Source: Setoptus koraiensis (lineage: Eukaryota > Animalia > Arthropoda). Taken from it: a DNA stretch of 64,000 bases. The stretch covers positions 10,664,001 to 10,728,000 of the forward strand of contig CM106585.1 of NCBI GenBank assembly GCA_048013815.1. The letters run 5' to 3'. Numbering within the stretch: position 1 is the stretch's first letter; each line of letters starts with the position of its first letter. Below the pieces are notes generated by a model. It worked only from the letters and a program-made list of their open reading frames with translations. It was not told the DNA's origin and made no database searches. The translations under genes were made by a program, and so were the position numbers. This document shows positions 59,801 through 64,000 of this stretch, piece by piece.

Positions 59801-62800
59801 GCAGTATGCCGTTGCGTAATGCGGCGGCCGCTTGTGCATTATGATGTAGGCGCAATTGAGAGCAATTGCACAACATCGACAACATGACTGATACCGTTTG
59901 ACTACTCGGCGTAAGCTCGCCATCAATTGCTCGCTCATTGTTGGCCGCTCGCCTGGCTGCATGTGGGGCCCGTTTGGCGCCAAATTGTTATTTGGCCAAA
60001 TTGTTTGTGGCGCGCTACCTAAAACTGCCACGAGCTAAACGCGCCGCGCTGCGCCGCGGCACGCCAGCCAAACGCGCGGCTCGATGCAAGCCAAACGCGC
60101 GGCTCAGTGCCAGCCGAACGCTGCCAATGGCAAACGTTGATCGACGCGACTGGCTCGCATAACCAACGATGGGCGCCAAATGTCGCCCCATATCGACAGA
60201 CGTCACCGATGTTTGGCAGCGTCGCCGATAGACGGCCGATAGCGCGTTATGCCAAATATCGGCGCTACATAACGGTAATGAACGCGCACCGGAGATAATA
60301 AGAGCAAGTGTGAGTGACGCCGCTCACACTGGCTTGCCAGTCGAGTTTTGAGCAGCCTTTTTAGTTGTGTAGCCAAGTGCGAGCCGAAATTAAATGTCAG
60401 CGACATGTTACTTTGGAGCTTACTTGGCAACGTCATTAAATTCAACTTGCCATTGAGTCGTCGTCGTCGGTGGCGAGTCACTTTGGCAACTCACCTTGCC
60501 ATTGCTTACATGTTTGCGCAACGACACACACACACACAAGACGATCTGTCTGTTTGGCGGGGGCGCATAGCGACTTTGCGACTTACAATGTTAGATATGG
60601 ATATAGGTGGCAGCGCCAGCGCCAGCGCCAAACAGCCAGCGCGCAAATATGAAATGGCGCCGGCCCCGGGGCTACAATCATATAATTTATATCGGCTCCT
60701 ATGATGCGCCCAACTCGACCCACTGGCCTCCCCCACGCGACGTCTGCTTGTAGACGTAGTTTTGCTCAGTTGGGTGGCACTGCCAAAAACTAGCCAACAA
60801 AATAAACGCACACGCGAAATTCCTTGGCTAGACAGCAAATTTTGCCAACGGTGGCGCTTATTTGCCTGGCCGCCGCCAGGTAGAGGGAATAATGAAAAGA
60901 AGATTGTCAATCAGTGACGAGCATGACATAGCCTTAGTTACATTGGCGCCCACTTGATTTTCGTTGGCGTTTGTTGGCGTTTTGTTCGTTTGCCCGTTTG
61001 TTTGTTTGTTCGCGTTTTGTTTTTGGCCCCGCTGCCGCGATCATCGCAAACTGGCCCCAGTTTGGCCCCGGTTTGGCCCCAGCAGCGTTGGCGTGACGCA
61101 ATTGGATCGCCATCGGACACGGGCGGAGTGTGGCGCCAGTAATTTCATTTGTGCGCAACTTTGGCACAACAACAACAACGACAACGACAACAACAACGAC
61201 AACAACAACGACAACAACGCCGAACAAAGCCAACAACAACGGACTTTGAGTGAATTTGTGTGCCTCACACATACAAACTTGCGAGCAAATAGGCGAGCCA
61301 AGCGAAACAAATTGAATTATGTCACCAATAGACTGCGCTGCCGCCCAGACCCGCGCCACCGAGGGCGCACAGAAAAACAGTGCGCGCACGCTTTTTTGTG
61401 TTTGCGCGCAAGTCGCTAGGCGCCTCTTTTTTCTGCGCGTTTCTATTCGTTTGTTGCCAGTCTCTTGGTTGGTGTTGCCGCGAATCGTTTTGTTCGTGTC
61501 CGCTCACTCGCCGTGCCAATAATCAATTAGGTGAGTCACGCTGATTGATATGCGATGCAGTAATTAATTAGGTGACACGCACTCAAATGGGTATGCGCAA
61601 TAATTGAGCCGCGAGCGGGCCTGGCGAGCCCGCTCCCGGCTCAATCTCGCGCTAACTAGAGATCGCCGGCCCGAGCTGGGCATCGTCGACCCGAGCTGGA
61701 TATTGCCGGCCCGAAATGAATGCTCGCTGTCCGAAGCGAACATGAAAAATGTGATTAATCTCGGGGCGGCCCGCAACTGGGCCAGCCAATCAAGCAAGTT
61801 TATTTGCTGCCCGACCCAATTGCCACGAGTTGGCGCGAGCTCGCGAGCGCGGCGGCCGGGCCGGCGCACGTCGCTCGCATGCCAACTCGTGTTGACTCAT
61901 GAATTATTTGCGACAAATTAAGTGTTTAATTAGCCATAGCCGATAATAGCTGTCCAGCGCGGTCCAGCGCGGTCCAGCCGAGCGGCTCGTAGCCGGCCGA
62001 CTGGGGTGCGCGGCGGGCCGGCGATGCAAAGGTCGACCCAATTTCAATTCGGGGGCCGCCGTGAGCTCGTTAGGGGCCGCTAGGCGCGCCGTCCCCTTCG
62101 AGCGGCCGAGTAACTCGCGGCGGCGGTTTCCTGTCGACTAATTGGTTTCCCGATGCAAGTGCGCCCATCGTCGGGCAGCAACTATCCGCTGACAGCCAAA
62201 CTGGCCGAGGCTCACCGAAACTGGCCGAAATTAACTGAAACTAACCGAAGCCAACCGAAACTCACCGAAACTCACCGAAACCAACCGAAACTAACCGAAA
62301 CCTTGCCCCCCTCGATTCCCGGCCAAACCCAATCGGCCACAACAGTTTCAGAGAAGGAGATCCGGAGATGGCACAAGGGATTTAGAGAGGATTGTCCGAA
62401 CGGTCAATTGACGGAGCCAGGATTTTTGCGAATCTACAAGCAATTCTTTCCACAGGGCGATCCATCCAAGTTTGCGAGAGCCTGTTTTCGCGTATTCGAC
62501 CAGAACCAAGTAAGTCGCTGGCCCCAAAACGGGGGCGCCTATCACTGCAGCGAGCGTCCAATATCAAATATCCACTGTGCGCTTGTTTATCCGTGTGGCG
62601 GGCCCCCGCGCACTCGATCCACTGGCCCGCAGTAATCAAGCTGGCGCAAAGCTTATAAATCCGTCTGTAAACAAACGGATTGTGAGCGTGGCCTTGAATG
62701 AAATCAGCATAATTGTTGGCGCTCGCCGAATCATGTAAAAGCAGCAGTCAGGTCAGCTCCATGATTGACTAGATACATACAGACAATATGTAAATTTGGA

Positions 62801-63882
62801 AAACACTCGGACGGCATAAAAACGCAGCGCCAGATATAAAACAAGTGACGCCCGTTATGCATTTTCTAGCGGGCCTCAACTCCGCTGCGCCATCTCATTA
62901 TGCAATAATACTCTAGTGTTTGCCGGTGCGTCGGTGTTGCTTGCCATCGGCAGCACGTCGTCACTTTTGGCGGCCTACTGCAACCACGGCAGAGACCACA
63001 ACGGCAACCACCTCAGCAACCGCGCCAACAACCGCGCCAACAACCGCGCCAACAACCACAACAACAACCACAACAACGCCAAAAAGTGCGCCCTCGTGTG
63101 ATAAAGTTTTGATGGATTGCGCGTTTGTTAGCGGCACCAATACGATCTGCTGGCATCCATGACTGTCGGCCGTTGTCGCTGTTGGCTCGAGTTGTCGCTG
63201 TTGTTGTTGCTGTTGTTGCTGTTGTTGCTGTTGTTGCTGTTGTTGCTGTTGTTGCTGTTGTTGCTGTTGTTGTTGCTGGCGTTGGCCGCAAATGCCGATT
63301 TGATTTATCACCGGCGATCGGCTACCAGCGCCATGCATATATCCGTCGCCGAGAACGCTCGGCCGTGCTGGCAAACAAATGCGAAGGGGCCAATTTGACT
63401 GCCACTGTCAGTGGGGCTCAAGTTTGAGATGAGACACTTATCGGCGGCGGCAGGCACGATGTTATTGTTGTTGCTGTTGCGCGTCGCTATAGTGATGATG
63501 AATATAGATGATGATTGTTGTTGGCCATTGTTGTTTGCGTGCGACAAACAACAACAATGAAGGCCCACGAGATGCAATGAGATTAGATGGGACAAGACGC
63601 CGGGCAGCAATGCGACAACACGAGATCAAATCGGATTGCATTGGCTCGCGATGTACATTGCGATGTGACATTGCGATGTGACATTGGGCAAAATAATGAA
63701 TTTATCCAGCTGAGTTTGGGGCCCATTTAAGGCTCACGTAAAAGGCTCGCACTCACTCACTCACTTTTTTGCTTTCTCTGCCTTATTCACTCTTCATACT
63801 TAGGATGGATCAATAGAGTTCGAGGAATTCATGAAGGCGCTCTCAGTGACTAGCAGGGGCAGCCTTGAGGAGAAGCTCACCT
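51145..63882 (+). CDS. Frq1: Frequenin / neuronal calcium sensor-1; exons 51145-51208, 62346-62509, 63804-63882, continuing beyond the window
   Basis: Spliced product [21 protein letters not shown]|[55 protein letters not shown]|[26 protein letters not shown]|(W). It has an N-myristoylation motif and EF-hands. All donors are GTAAGT and phases are consistent (1, 0, 1). Confidence 0.93.
51328..51432. repeat. 7-nt tandem repeat (gtcgtt[c/t])n in frequenin intron 1
   Basis: About 14 units directly visible. Confidence 0.9.
57217..57292. repeat. 15-nt tandem repeat ([a/g]atatcgacggttgc) x4-5
   Basis: Directly visible near-perfect copies. Confidence 0.9.
63195..63280. repeat. (tgttgttgc)n triplet-derived repeat in frequenin intron 2
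   Basis: 9-nt unit repeated about 9 times; CAA/CAG on the minus strand. Confidence 0.9.
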
Positions 63883-64000
63883 GTAAGTGGATCGGATAAT
63901 AATCAGATAAGACACGACACACGAGAGAGATAAGAATATATTTTTGAGTTGTGCTGATGCTGTTGCAAAACTTTACTTTACTTTCTCTCTACTTTTGTGC

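Noticed and set aside
62153-62345. N-terminal part of the 160-aa ORF (MQVRPSSGS…PKLTET repeats) as the start of frequenin
   Set aside because: It is translated intronic 10-nt repeat. The true myristoylated N-terminus is at 51145 and splices in phase at 62346.
49600-63700. About 100 short overlapping ORFs in all six frames
   Set aside because: GC-rich tandemly repeated intronic DNA is depleted of stops. None shows a domain, apart from the frequenin exons.

Overview
This is eukaryotic (metazoan) scaffold DNA with GT-AG introns and two 500-N gaps. It is most plausibly an arthropod with a compact, intron-poor genome such as a mite; the taxon is an inference. There is no evidence of CRISPR, rRNA, tRNA or an intact transposon. 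Left part (1-41 kb) is gene-dense with ~90-116 nt introns. It holds an ankyrin-repeat gene running off the left edge (missed by the ORF track) and a >3,900-codon Ser/Lys/Ala/Thr-rich protein built from 33 visible 288/423-nt units with higher-order periodicity. It then carries a 34-bp 3' hairpin, a spliced 74-aa prepropeptide with an RFKR site, and a cluster of secretory-pathway hydrolases: GH30 glucosylceramidase with a hydrophobic C-tail, PLD3-like enzyme, and histidine acid phosphatase plus a pseudogene copy. Two orphan signal-peptide proteins sit among them, followed by a DUF229 gene and TULP4. Right part (41-64 kb) is repeat-rich and largely non-coding. It contains a miniaturised Schnurri/HIVEP-like zinc-finger ORF and a frequenin/NCS-1 gene whose 64-nt first coding exon (51145-51208) is separated from exon 2 by an 11.1-kb intron full of short tandem duplications. 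Most short ORFs beyond 41 kb are microsatellite artefacts.
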